DNA of 64,000 nucleotides from Octopus bimaculoides (GCF_001194135.2 NC_068984.1:127643683-127707682), one strand, 5' to 3'. Shown: positions 25,027 through 38,756, counted from the first letter of the stretch. Numbers and translations are program-made. The notes: generated by a model not told the origin, from the sequence alone.

Positions 25027-25805
25027 GCATACACATGTATATGTAAAGGCAGCCCACGTGTGTGATAGTTTATGGCCCTGGTTTACTGTTTAGATGATGT
25101 TTTCATCATTACCCAAACATCATTTATTATTAATGTGTTCAGATATTTTTTATTACATCAGACAAATACCAACTTCTTTCTAATCCAGTCTTTCATCTCA
25201 TTATCTTCAATCATTACTTGACATTAAATTATCATTTCTATTTGTTTGTTTATATATTTATTTGTTTATTTAATATAACTTATCCAATCCGCAGTCTTTT
25301 GACTGCGGTTTGGATATGTTTATGTGTTAAGATCTGGCAACAGATAAATAATATTTCAAAGATAGACCGTTCTTCAGAGTAATACTTCGACTGAGATGAC
25401 AAACCAATGACATTTACACAGTTTGATCTCTAAATCTCTTGTATTTTCAATAATCTCTGATATTTTCCTACACTGATACCTTGTTTTTTGTTTTGCTTTC
25501 TTTTTTTTTTAATCAGTACTATAAAAGTATAAAGTAACAAAAAAGTTTTTTTTTTCCCTATCTGTCAACATCTTTTCACCTGCATCCATTTGATCATTAT
25601 TTATCATGTGATTTTGCTTCAACTGTGTTTTTCTCTTCTTTACCTGTCTATCTATTGACAAAGGACAAATTGCCCAAAATATTATTATCTCATCTTTTCC
25701 TTCAAAACATGACACATTGACTTTGCACTATTGCTTATTCATTCTTCATATTTTATTTATTTATTTATCTATCTATCTATCTATTTACTTATTATTATTA
25801 TTATT

Positions 25806-26928
25806 GTTCAGTAGTTTTATTTTTATAACGTACTTTCACTTCACTACCGAGCGCAGCTCTGTGCGCCTTGGGTATGTGCTGTGGTTTGCTGTGGTGCTCT
25901 TATGTTTACTGTATTGAAAGTGTTTTGCGTAGAATGTGTGCAGTACCCAGTAGTGCAATTTTCTGTATGTTATATATATTTGTAAGTCCTGGTATTTTTG
26001 TTATGTATTTGTCTGAATATTTTTTTATTATACCTAAGGCACCTACTATGATAGGAATTGTTTCTGTTTTTAGACTCCACATTCGAGTTATCTCTATTTC
26101 CAGGTCTTTGTATTTTGAAAGTTTTTCTATTTCTTTTAGAGAAACGCTGNNNNNNNNNNNNNNNNNNNNNNNNNNNNNNNNNNNNNNNNNNNNNNNNNNN
26201 NNNNNNNNNNNNNNNNNNNNNNNNNNNNNNNNNNNNNNNNNNNNNNNNNNNNNNNNNNNNNNNNNNNNNNNNNNNNNNNNNNNNNNNNNNNNNNNNNNNN
26301 NNNNNNNNNNNNNNNNNNNNNNNNNNNNNNNNNNNNNNNNNNNNNNNNNNNNNNNNNNNNNNNNNNNNNNNNNNNNNNNNNNNNNNNNNNNNNNNNNNNN
26401 NNNNNNNNNNNNNNNNNNNNNNNNNNNNNNNNNNNNNNNNNNNNNNNNNNNNNNNNNNNNNNNNNNNNNNNNNNNNNNNNNNNNNNNNNNNNNNNNNNNN
26501 NNNNNNNNNNNNNNNNNNNNNNNNNNNNNNNNNNNNNNNNNNNNNNNNNNNNNNNNNNNNNNNNNNNNNNNNNNNNNNNNNNNNNNNNNNNNNNNNNNNN
26601 NNNNNNNNNNNNNNNNNNNNNNNNNNNNNNNNNNNNNNNNNNNNNNNNNNNNNNNNNNNNNNNNNNNNNNNNNNNNNNNNNNNNNNNNNNNNNNNNNNNN
26701 NNNNNNNNNNNNNNNNNNNNNNNNNNNNNNNNNNNNNNNNNNNNNNNNNNNNNNNNNNNNNNNNNNNNNNNNNNNNNNNNNNNNNNNNNNNNNNNNNNNN
26801 NNNNNNNNNNNNNAGTTCGTTTAGTGTCCAGTTAAGGATGTTGTAGCTGTAGCTTATAACTGGGACAGCTAAAGTGTTGATACCCATTATCTTGTTTTTA
26901 GCATTGAGCTCTGTTTTTAGTATTGATC

Positions 26929-26929
<1 letters not shown>
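25806..26929 (-). mobile_element. R4/Dong-clade non-LTR retrotransposon, 5'-truncated, inserted in (TAA)n
   Basis: RSILKTELNAKNKIMGINTLAVPVISYSYNILNW (post-RT), then after the gap an uninterrupted KEIEKLSKYKDLEIEITRMWSLKTETIPIIVGALG...IQKIALLGTAHILRKTLSIQ* (RLE C-terminus); TAA repeats on both sides. Confidence 0.9.
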
Positions 26930-26970
<41 letters not shown>

Positions 26971-27207
26971 CATCAAGGTAGTGAACTGGTAGAATCATTA
27001 GAGCATCGAGTAAAATGCCTTGTGGTATTTCTTCCAACTCATTACATTCCAAGTTTGGGTGCCACTTGAGTCAACTTTGCTTTTCGTCCCTCCAATCACA
27101 TATATACCAGTTACATTTTTGGGGTTGATGTAACTGACTTTCTCACTCCCTCAAAAGTGCTGACCTTGAGCAGAGTTGGAAAGAATCATCATCATCATCA
27201 TCGTTAT

Positions 27208-27420
27208 TAAGGTGGCAAGCTGGCAGAGCCATTTGCATGCTGGGTAAAATGCTTAGCAGCATTTCATGTCTTTACATTCTGTGTTCAGATTCTGCCAAGG
27301 TTGACTTTACCTTTCATCCTTTTGGGGTCAGTAAAACAAGTACCAATTGAGTACTGGGGTTGATATGATCAACTCCACCCCCACCAAATTGTTGGCTTTT
27401 TGCCAAAGTTTGAAACCATT
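27208..27420 (+). mobile_element. SINE family B
   Basis: aaggtggcaagctggcagag head, cctttcatccttttggggtcagtaaaacaagtacc domain, (TTA)n tail; a second partial copy at ~26975-27185. Confidence 0.8.
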
Positions 27421-27429
27421 ATTATTGAC

Positions 27430-27481
<52 letters not shown>

Positions 27482-28121
27482 GAGTGAGAAAACAGTGCAT
27501 GTCATCAAAGTGACACTGGGGTAAAATATATGAAGCCCAGTATACCCATCATGGCTACCCGTCTGATAAGGGTACACCAGGCACATGCATCACAACCATA
27601 TGTGTGTGACATGGTGACGTCATATCAAAATAAACAGCACATGACATTATCTTGCAGATGTTAGGGTGTAGATTGAGAGAGATTTTGTTGCTATTTCTAG
27701 TAGCTCAAGCTACTGCATGGAGGCCTTTGGTTTGATATGTGATATGAGCGGTCAGTGAGTGCTGGATGAAAAAAATGTTTTGCACTGATAGTGGAAGGTA
27801 GATTGTGACAGATGAAATTATGCAGAGAAGTGTCAAGAGATTGAGTTTCTCAGACAAAATATTGTTATTTACTGACAGGTCAGCTTCAGTTGCACAGACC
27901 TATGGCCTGCAAGTAGTTGATTGAATTGATCTGTTGTTCCAAATATATTCAGTTCAGCCCTGATCCAGAAAGCCTATGATCAAAAATGTTTCTGCTGTGA
28001 CTGTCCCATCATTTAGCTAGATTGTAGTGGTTCATAAACTACATGTCTTACTTTTGCTAGGATGTTTGATACAACTTAACAGAATAATTCAGATCATTCT
28101 GTCAGATGTAATACTTATTTT

Positions 28122-28521
28122 ATTCTTTACTTGTTTCAGTCATTTGACTGCGGCCATGCTGGAGCACCGCCTTTAGTCGAATCAGATCGACCCCGGGACT
28201 TATTCTTTGTAAGCCTAGTACTTATTCTATCGGTCTCTTTTGCTGAACCACTAAGTTACGGGGACCTAAACACACCAGCATCGGTTGTCAAGCGATGTTG
28301 GGGGGACAAACACAGATATATAAAATATACATACACATATATACATATACATATATACGACGGGCTTCTTTCAGTTTCCATCTACCAAATCCACTCACAA
28401 GGCTTTGGTCGGCCCGAGGCTATAGTAGAAGACACTTGCCCAAGGTGCCACGCAGTGGGACTGAACCCGGAGCCATGTGGTTGGTAAGCAAGCTACTTAC
28501 CACACAGCCACTCCTGCGCCT
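28122..28521 (-). mobile_element. SINE family A1, full length, low divergence
   Basis: Complete head-to-tail copy with CpGs retained. Confidence 0.92.
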
Positions 28522-29519
28522 ATTCACATTTTTTAATTAATCATACATTGTTACATAGCTTTGATATATTGATGATGTGATTGTTTATTTCTTGAATGAT
28601 ATTTTAGAGTAGGTGTGAAAGACTGGATCTGGCCACTTTCAACATAAAATAGGTAGAATCTTTGGGCCTGATACAGCCAGTTCGGATGCTAAACAGTTAA
28701 GGGAAATTTGGTTGTTATTTCTTGCACAGTAGGTAACCAAGCAGCTTATTGGAATCTTGGACATACCAAATCTGGATTTCTGAAAGAAACCTATATTTTA
28801 TATAAAACATTTTTATTGATTATAATATTATTTTGGGAATAAATTTTGGTAAAAATGATATAGTCCAGTTATGCTTATTATTTAGCATACTAATTATCAA
28901 ATTACATACATTAATATATTTAATCCCAATAATAAGTATCTGAAGCTAAAATAAATTCTTATGGGGAATCAAATATGTATTTTAATATAACTTACACAAA
29001 TGCAGATAAGCTATAAATATAGCTAATTAGCTAATACATGTAGCTAATAAGACAATAAATCAAAAAGAAAGATGGGGCCCCTGTTTTAACTCCAGATTGG
29101 AAAGCTTGAATTTAGCACTGCTATTTAATGAAACTCTCATTAGTTCTACTTACTACTTATTGCAATGATTTATACTTACTTATGCTATAAATTTACAACT
29201 AGTAGACTGATTCAACAGAAGATAAGTATTTGACCATGGACAAAGTGTAGCCCTGGTGATACGATTAGAACATTTGATATGTCAGGCAACCGTTTAACTC
29301 TTTGGCATTCACATTACTCTGTCAAATGTAATGCTTATTCATTCACATTGTCTCATAGCTTTGAGATTTCAATAATGTGATTGTTATTTTCAGAATATCA
29401 TTGAAGTGTAGGTGTGAGAGGTCAGATATAGCCTGTTTGAATTTAATCAGGTAGAATATTTGGGTCTGATATGGTTAGTTTAAATGCTAAATGCTAAAAA
29501 TGCTAAATGCTAAAACGAC

Positions 29520-29900
29520 AAGAGATGCATTTTGTGACTTGCAGATCAGACACATTTTATAAGTCTTTTAGGAGACAACGGACAATCAGAAGAGAATCTC
29601 TTGTATTAAGAGAATCATGAACTGTTATTCCTGTAGGACAATACACTTGTACGCACGCACATAAGAAAACAAACAGGGATTTTCTGACTTCCATGGTACA
29701 ATAAAGACATTTTGTGAGTTTCTTGGAGACAACAGGCACATTTTGTGGATCTCTTAGGACAACAGATACACATTTTGTAACTCTGTAGTGGGGAACAGAC
29801 AGTTTTTGCAACTCTCTTGGAGTAACGGAGGTAGTTTTGACTTTAGAGAGCATATTTTATGATGTTCAGTTTTGCTAAGTTTACAAGGCTGAGATGATTT
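29520..29900. repeat. degenerate ~30-bp minisatellite
   Basis: Recurring cacattttgtgantctcttaggacaaca-like units. Confidence 0.6.
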
Positions 29901-31112
29901 ATATGTTAGAACAACAGTTTGTATAACTGGATGGCTGTACTTTCTATTGTGAACCATTCAAGGAGCAAGTACATTGAAACATATTAGTAATCAGAGGGAC
30001 TTCAGCCACCAGTTAGTCGTCCTAGTCACGGGCATAAAACTACAACAATACTAAGATTTGAACTTACAACCATGTAGTCAGTAGTCACAAGTATTTTATG
30101 TTGCAAATATACTTTGTAAAATTACTGAGGTTCATAGGTCCTGGTAGCAACTGAGGTTATTGTTCAGTTATGTGTGGTAGAACAAACATTACTGGGTTGG
30201 ATAGTTCCAGCAACACTTTGTTATTTATCATTTGATCATATAGCTTGATGATTTAGTTTACTCCTGTGGTGGAAGTAAATCAATGCTTGTTGATTCTTTT
30301 CTGCTTTCGAATTTTTCTCTCTCTTATGTTTAAATGAAACATCTATTTGTCTTTCGTTCATTGATATTGTCTCGATTTGTTGACAGACTTTCCTGTTCTA
30401 CATACAATAACAGGAAAATATATCAACAATAGCAAATAATATGGATTTAGTGTTTTTTTAATTTTTTTATTTTGCTCTTTTTTATGCAACTGATCTGGGA
30501 AAAGTATTTACAATCCAGCTGAAGAAGCCAAAGATTTTTCCATCACGTGGCATGAGGCTGAAGCTTGTGGCATCCTTGTCAACTCATGAAGACTGTTTGA
30601 TGTTGCTAGATTGATTTCTTTGCCGCAATCTACTGTAAATACTTTTCTGCTAACCTTTGCACAGATTTAAATTAAATCTCTTGTCTTCTCATGTTAGGTT
30701 GCCTGTATTCGGTATGTTTTACAATAGACAACAGAGAAATCCTATCATTTCTTAGCTTGTCCACTTGCTGTAAGATAATCTCAGTTATAAATATTAATTT
30801 GATTCTTTATAGCAAGAATTTTCTCTCTGATCTCACTCTCTTTGACTCAAGTAGTTATAGATTAATTTTTTTTCCTCTCTTCACCTCTGGGATTTTATAT
30901 TCATCCTCTCCATTTCCTTCTATCACACATGTATTGAACAAGACATATTTTCATTTAAGTCTTCCTTTGTGTGTGTATATTCGGATGTGTGTGTGCATGT
31001 CCTCTTATGAAAATGTATGTATACTTGTGTATGTACGTTTGTACATATATCCTTTTATGAAAATGTATGTGTATTAATGTATGAGTGTGTGTATGTGTGT
31101 GTGTGTGTGTGT

Positions 31113-31936
31113 ATCATCGTCGTCATTGTTAAATGTCCACTTTCCATGCTGGCATGGGTTTGACGGTTTTGCAGAGGACTGGCAAGCCAGGAGGCTGCAC
31201 CAGGCTCCAGTCTGATCTGGCAAGATTTCTACAGCTGTATGCTCTTCCTAATACCAACCACTCCGAGAGTGTAGTGGGTGCTTTTTATGTGCCACCAGTA
31301 TGAGGGCCAGTCAGGCGGTACTGGCATCGATTACGCTTGAATTGTGCTTTTTACCTGCTACCGGCATAGGAACTAGTCAGGTGGCANNNNNNNNNNNNNN
31401 NNNNNNNNNNNNNNNNNNNNNNNNNNNNNNNNNNNNNNNNNNNNNNNNNNNNNNNNNNNNNNNNNNNNNNNNNNNNNNNNNNNNNNNNNNNNNNNNNNNN
31501 NNNNNNNNNNNNNNNNNNNNNNNNNNNNNNNNNNNNNNNNNNNNNNNNNNNNNNNNNNNNNNNNNNNNNNNNNNNNNNNNNNNNNNNNNNNNNNNNNNNN
31601 NNNNNNNNNNNNNNNNNNNNNNNNNNNNNNNNNNNNNNNNNNNNNNNNNNNNNNNNNNNNNNNNNNNNNNNNNNNNNNNNNNNNNNNNNNNNNNNNNNNN
31701 NNNNNNNNNNNNNNNNNNNNNNNNNNNNNNNNNNNNNNNNNNNNNNNNNNNNNNNNNNNNNNNNNNNNNNNNNNNNNNNNNNNNNNNNNNNNNNNNNNNN
31801 NNNNNNNNNNNNNNNNNNNNNNNNNNNNNNNNNNNNNNNNNNNNNNNNNNNNNNNNNNNNNNNNNNNNNNNNNNNNNNNNNNNNNNNNNNNNNNNNNNNN
31901 NNNNNNNNNNNNNNNNNNNNNNNNNNNNNNNNNNNN

Positions 31937-31988
<52 letters not shown>

Positions 31989-32455
31989 CGCATAATACAT
32001 AATATATACATGCAGATATATATGTTTAAGTGTGTATACATGCATATCTATACATAAGTACAAACATAATTTACTTACTTGATTGCAATCACATTATTTT
32101 GGGTTCAGTCTCATTGTATACCTCTTTAGGCAAGCGTCTTCCCACTATAACCCCCACCCCATTCTTGTCAGCTGGTGTTTGTTTGTTTATGCCCCCCTTC
32201 AGCAAAAAGACTGATCGAATCTCTTTTACTTGTTTCAATCATTTGACTGCGGCCATGCTGGAGCACTGCCNNNNNNNNNNGGGTGCTTTTTATGTGCCAC
32301 CAGTATGAGGGCCAGTCAGGCGGTACTGGCATCGATTACGCTTGAATTGTGCTTTTTACCTGCTACCGGCATAGGAACTAGTCAGGTGGCACTGGCAATG
32401 ACCATGCAAGAATGGTGTTTTTTATGTGTCACTGGCATGGGAGCCAGTCAGGCAA
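31113..32455 (-). mobile_element. RTE 3' UTR fragment(s) with ~65-bp internal repeats, broken by gaps
   Basis: aaatgtccactttccatgctggcatggg tail at ~31130; ggtgctttttatgtgccacc units at 31277, 32282, 32348 and 32413. Confidence 0.7.
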
Positions 32456-32666
32456 TATGTGTGTGTGTGTGTGTGTGTGTGTTAGTGCAAACAGGAAAAA
32501 TAGAACTCAAAATATGAGTATATGTATATTTTTTATCAATGTTTAGCTGAAGTAACAGAGTGACTCAAGGTCTGTGAGTTTAGTGCATTGGTACCTACCA
32601 CACTAGTCCCAAGTTGAAGACTTGTGAGTTTATATAGCTGTTGATAACTAGATATANNNNNNNNNN

Positions 32667-32913
32667 ACCAGCATCGGTTGTCAAGCAATGCTAGGGGGCC
32701 AAACACAGGCACACAAACACACATACACACATATATATATACATATATACGACGGGCTTCTTTCAGTTTCCGTCTACCAAATCCACTCACAAGGCTTTGG
32801 TCGACTCGAGGCTATAGTAGAAGACACTTGCCCAAGATGCCACACAGTGGGACTGAGCCCGGAACCATGTGGTTGGTAAGCAAGCTACTTACCACACAGC
32901 CACTCCTGCGCCT
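32667..32913 (-). mobile_element. SINE family A1 (split by gap)
   Basis: Near-identical to 28122-28521. Confidence 0.85.
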
Positions 32914-35305
32914 ATGTACCAGACTTAAGAAATCCCAACGAAACACCTAAGTACTGGAGTGGATTTGTTTAACTAAAGCTCTTCAATATTGGCCAGAACC
33001 CAATAACTGAAACAAATAAGTAATAAAAAAAAAAAGAAATACTTTATTATATACAGTACATGCAAGAGTGGGGGTAACTATATTACATTTATTCTTTCAT
33101 TAAGACCATTTCAACAATATATGGTTCAGAGACATCATGAATACAAATATAAATGATTAATGTAATATTACAACATATTTATTACTTGTGATCCATGTTC
33201 ATCTCATCAGACAAAGGTAAAAAAAAAAATCATTATTGCTTTTATCTTCTGGTTAGACCTACAACCAAAGCCATACAAGTCATGACCACCATTCTGTCTT
33301 TTATTCAGGCATAGTGTATCTTGGGCTATGTCATCCAATTTGTCTTTCATTTTTTAATGGAGAGAAATTTGATTGGAGAGAAATTTAGTTGCTATTTCTA
33401 GCAAGTTTAGTGATCACATAGAGCAAACATGGACATCCTTTTTCCAGAAGTATGTCACATAAGACATGGCTCTTCATTAGGTGGGCCACACTACTAAAAA
33501 ATATTCAAGGTAAATTTTCATTAGGCCTTACCGTTCAGAGAGTCCCACGAGCTGCAGTTTGCCCATGACTGACATTGAGGTTCAGTTGGCTCAACAAAAT
33601 GAAATTGAAAATTTTTATTGTGGCAAAAATAGGATCTTGGTTGCTCCCACAATAAAACTCTGCTAAAGGACCCAATTCAGTGATTCACAGAGCGAGAACT
33701 GGATGAGAAACTATTCCACTGGAAAACTCAAATGTCTTCCATTTTCAAGACAGAACATTGCACATTTCAGTATAATTAATTGTCCGTGTTTATCACTATA
33801 GAAACTGTCACATCAAAGGTAATAATAATGTCATTATATTGGTTTATTGGTATGATATCTGACTAATTAATATGTACTGACTAAAGTAATAAATTATAAT
33901 TATATTTACAACCATTAAGGGAACCTTTATGTGATCAATAAAACTACTTTAGTCAAAGCTCTCTAACCAAATCACACACCTTACAATCTTGAAAAAGGAA
34001 AGGACGTATTCAATACTGTGTTTCTAAATATACTCTACAAAGACTGGATGATTATGGTTGGAAGGCTTTTAATAATAAGTCTTCTCAATCAAGGATGATT
34101 TTGAGTTAAATGGTTACTACTACTTTTACATTCACCAAAATTTTACCTCTACCCTTTTGCTGAATATAATTTATCACATAGGCACAGGTGTTGCTGTGTG
34201 ATAAGAAGCTTGCTCCCCAACCACATGTTTCTGGGTTCAGTCCCACTGCATGGCACTTTGGGCACATGTCTTCTATTTTAGCGTCAGGCTGACCAAGCCT
34301 TGTGAGTAGATTTGGTAGATGGAAACTGAAAGAAGCCCATTGTGTGTATATATCATCATCATCATCATTTAGCATCCACTCTCCATGCTGGCATGCCTGA
34401 AAATATAGTACAATGGCTCCTTAGTATATTGGTATATCAAAGCTAGTAGTGCATTATTTTATTGCAATTTGATAGAAATCTATAAGGCGGCAAGCTGGTA
34501 GAATGGTTACTGTGCCAGACAAAATGCTTAGCAACATTTGTTCTGACATTACATTCTGAGTTCAGATGTTGCTGTTCATCTTTTCGGAGTTGATGAAATA
34601 AGTACCAGTTAAATTCTGGGGGCATTGTAATTGTCTTATTCCCTCCCTGAAATGTTGGCCTTGTGCCAAAATTTGAAACGAGTATGATAGAAATCTAATT
34701 TGTTCTACTAAACCCTTCAAGGTAGTGCTCCAGCATGGCTGCTGCCCAATGACTGAAAAAAGAAAAAAAAGTTTTAAAAAAAAAAAAGTTAAAAAAAAAA
34801 AAAAGTTAAAAAAACAAAAAGTAACTTAGTATGAACCTGAACAGCTGAGACAAAACCTCAAACAATTCTATAAACACGAACAGTGTCATAAACTTTCTAT
34901 AATAATCATATGACTGACAGGGAGTCACTGGATTTAGACATCCAGCTTCCGAAATTATGAATTGCTGCCAATTCATGTTGGCTTACTTCCATACACTAGC
35001 GTTCTCATTATTTTCTATTACCAGAAATAATTTACAATATTGACATTTGGGCTCAGCCAACGGATTACATGGCTGCAGTGAAGAGAGCTTAAAAATGTAT
35101 CAAGGATCTGTAATAAAATTTCTAAGTCTTCACACTGCTTCGAAGCAGCAGACAAATTGGCTGGCGGCAAAGAAGCTGTAATACTAGTACTTGTTACTGA
35201 CTGTCAAGTGTTAGTGTTAACAATGCCAGTTCATAAGTATGATCAGTTTCTAGCAACATCACTCATACTAAACACTGACAACAATCAAGACATAAATAAC
35301 ATAAC

Positions 35306-35336
<31 letters not shown>

Positions 35337-35879
35337 AACATGCTGGGATTTACACTGAATTAATTGGAGAATTTTTATCACATCATTCAGCTATTTCTGA
35401 TACACATCAAAGATATTTTGAGAGAAAACTAGATGATAACGGAAAGAGATTGAGCCAATATCAAATCTATGTTATAACATATCGTTACTGTAAATACAGC
35501 TTCCTGTCTTAATGATGCTAATTACTATCAACATGAGATAATGTTTAAAAGAGTATGCTATAGAAGGTGCCTTAAACAGTTAATTCTTTATATGCACAGA
35601 TATACTGACACATGCCTGCAGCACATGCATATGCATGCATAGATAAAAACACACACACACTTATATATACATACACACACTCATATATACATGCACACCC
35701 TCATGTATGAATGCTTAGAATCATTGATAAAACTGGTTTTATGGCAACAAGATACCTAATCGGTAGTGGAAGTCAGTTGGATACCAGCCACCATCACATA
35801 AAGTTCAGTTTGAAACAAGGACTTAGATGCAATCATAAAACAAACCAAGATAGTCTCAAAGTGAGGCGTTTTTTTTTGT

Positions 35880-36772
35880 TTTTTTTGTTAAGTTCTTTTC
35901 CTGGGTTTGTCTGATGGATGGCCTGTGGCCATGACCTTTGTAGGTACTCCAAGACTTGTGAGATTTTAGGGACAAATTTAGGTGAGTACGAAACCCTAGA
36001 GCTGATATTTTGGGGAGGAAGGTTTTGGTAAAGTTGCTCTTATGGGGGACCTTAGTTTGGCACAAAACATAGAATAGGTGACATGAGAAAGAGAGACAGG
36101 TGTGTCTGTTGGGCTTGAATAGAGATGCAATGAAAGTAACTAGTTCTAAAGAGCAGAGATGCCACTGCAGTAACAACAGAATCACTAGGGTATGAAGACT
36201 GCATGTCTGTTAAGAGAGAGGTCATAGTGTGTTGGCAAGAAACTCTTTGCCGAATAGTCAGAAGGCCTTCTTTTAGATGTATAAAATGTTTGTATGCAGG
36301 TAGCAGCATCCACACAGAAGGGCCAAGTACTCCAGAGTAGGTTTTATTTCAGCTCCGCAGAGAGTTACTAATTGATCAGAGCTTGGAAGAATAACACTAG
36401 TTATAGTGATGCAATCTTAGTTATATTTTGGGTTGGGGGTTCAAGAAAAAATCAGTTTTTGAGGTCCAACATTTGTTGTGATTTTGGTGGTTTTATTTGT
36501 GCTGTCCAAGACTACTGTGATTGTGGCATAGAATTATATCCTTGATATGAGCATTGATTGTGTCTGTGTTATTGAAATAAGCAAGATTGTCATGACCTGA
36601 GTGGATTTTTTTCAAGGTCTCATCTCATGGTAGTGATACAGATTTGGTGTATAACATATCTGTTACATATAGATGCTATCTGTAAGTGGAAGGTGAAGGC
36701 AAAAAGAAGAGTTTTATCATTTGCATTGCAGTTGGTGATATTAGAGGTGACAGCAAGTAGATCATTAATCAT
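35880..36772 (-). mobile_element. decayed CR1-clade LINE reverse-transcriptase fragment
   Basis: Minus-strand motifs in the expected order: INDLLAVTSNITNCNANDKTLLF (decayed YADD), DLEKIHSGHDNLAYFN, SDQLVTLCGAEIKPTLEY, VASLLFRTSYF, TKTFLPKISAL. Confidence 0.75.
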
Positions 36773-37348
36773 CATCATCATCATCGTTTAACGTCCGCTT
36801 TCCATGCTAGCATGGGTTGGACGATTTGACTGAGGACTGGTGNNNNNNNNNNNNNNNNNNNNNNNNNNNNNNNNNNNNNNNNNNNNNNNNNNNNNNNNNN
36901 NNNNNNNNNNNNNNNNNNNNNNNNNNNNNNNNNNNNNNNNNNNNNNNNNNNNNNNNNNNNNNNNNNNNNNNNNNNNNNNNNNNNNNNNNNNNNNNNNNNN
37001 NNNNNNNNNNNNNNNNNNNNNNNNNNNNNNNNNNNNNNNNNNNNNNNNNNNNNNNNNNNNNNNNNNNNNNNNNNNNNNNNNNNNNNNNNGTGCATCTCAT
37101 GTGCCACCCGCACAAGAACCAGTCCAGGGGCACTGGCAACGATCTTACTTGGCTTGCCGGGTCTTCTCACGCACAGCACATTTCCAAAGGTCTCGGTCAG
37201 TAGTCATCACCTCGGTGAGGCCCAATGTACGAAGGTCTTGCCTCACCACCTCAGCCCAGGTCTTCCTGGGCCTACCTCTTCCACGGGTTCCCTCAACTGT
37301 TAGGGTGTGGCACTTTTTCACGCAGCTATCCTCATCCATTCTCACCAC
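36773..37348 (-). mobile_element. RTE-clade LINE 3' end (ORF C-terminus, 3' UTR and (TGA)n tail)
   Basis: VVRMDEDSCVKKCHTLTVEGTRGRGRPRKTWAEVVRQDLRTLGLTEVMTTDRDLWKCAVREKTRQAK*; tail cccatgctagcatggaaagcggacgttaaacgatgatg. Confidence 0.92.
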
Positions 37349-38756
37349 AAAAAAAAAAAAAGGAAAGAAGAATGCAGGAAACATAACTGATTTTGAACTC
37401 ACTGGAATCAACACAGCATAAGACAGAAAGGAGTCCCATCACTGCACACTGTGATGCAGCACTGTAGTGATCATTCCATCTTAACTTTGTTAAATTATTT
37501 TCCCATGCTAGTGGCATGAGAAGAAGTATCTACTACACAGTGTAAAGTGGTTGGCATCAGGAAGGGCATCCAGCTACAGAAACCATGCCAGAGCAGACAC
37601 TGGAGCATAATGCAGTCTTTGGACCCATTTGATCTTGTCAAATTGTCCAGTCTACGCCTGCATGGAATTTATCATCATTTGACTTCTGTTTCCCATGCTG
37701 GCATGGATTGGACAGTTTGACAGGAGTTACTCAGGCTCCATGTTTGTTTTGGCATGGTTTCTACAGCTGGACATTAAATAATGCTGATGATGACAATGAT
37801 ATTGTCGTCATCATCATCGTCATCATCATCATCAGCTCTTTGTATTAAAAAGATAGAAAATAGCAATTTTTTCACTATATCAAATACAGGTAGAACACTA
37901 GCATTAACCCTTTTGATACCAACCTGCTTTAGAGTGCCTCTGCTTTTATCTTATATTTTAAGGTATTCTTTTATGAATTAAAACGTCTCCTCACAATGAC
38001 AAAGTTATTTTATTACAGTCCTTTCAAATTGTTGAATATTTTCAGAATAACCTGAAGCACTTAGGCTGTGTATTTCATAAGAAAATTATGGTCATGAAAT
38101 GGTTAAACCTGGTCCATTGACATCAACCAGTCAATATTTCTTAGTATACATGTAATATTGGACATCTATAAGGAGATTGCAAAAATTGCTATGCAAGTAT
38201 AACTGAACTATAAATATCCAAATTACTTTTCACAATTATATTACTTATATGAATTTATATCTACTGTGGCTGTTGGGAAATTACTAAATAGAGCAACAGA
38301 CATGTATAATTGCTATCTACTTACTAAATGGAAAGCTTATTATTATGTTTCACATGATCATTATCATCAGTTTACATATGCTTTCCATACTGGCATTGGT
38401 TGAACAATTTGACCATATCTAACAAGTTGGAGGGCCACATTATGTTCAAACATCTTAGCATTGGCATGATTTCTACAGCTTAATGCCTTTCTAACATAAA
38501 CCACTTTACGGAGTGTCTGGGGCACTTTTTTTTTTTTTGTCTTTTGTGATGTTGATACCATTTTTTGACTTCTCTGATGTCAGCGCCAGCCTGCTTGTGA
38601 GTTGCCGTTATTTCTGCTTGATTCGCAACCAGTTTACAGAGTGTATTAAGTACCTCTTTTGTAACACCGCCACTTGTGTGGTTGCCTTAGGATGATGACT
38701 TTTATGTAGAGTGAAGAGTGAAGTTAAACTATGTTGAGAGGAATAGATTTATTATT

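Noticed and set aside
30499-30647. 14-bp perfect inverted repeat GAAAAGTATTTACA with a 121-bp spacer
   Set aside because: Short, AT-rich, no TSD or second copy seen; chance or unrecognisable MITE remnant.
31276-32391. Identical 111-bp direct repeat (31276-31386 and 32281-32391)
   Set aside because: Both copies abut assembly gaps; most likely the same repeat sequence placed twice by scaffolding.
33531-33680. Minus-strand exon-like segment (PTEPQCQSWANCSSWDSLN, donor G|GTAAGG)
   Set aside because: The core CAGTCATGGGCAAACTGCAGCTCGTGGG looks like a decayed hAT terminus; the acceptor is weak and its phase does not match the 49418 donor.
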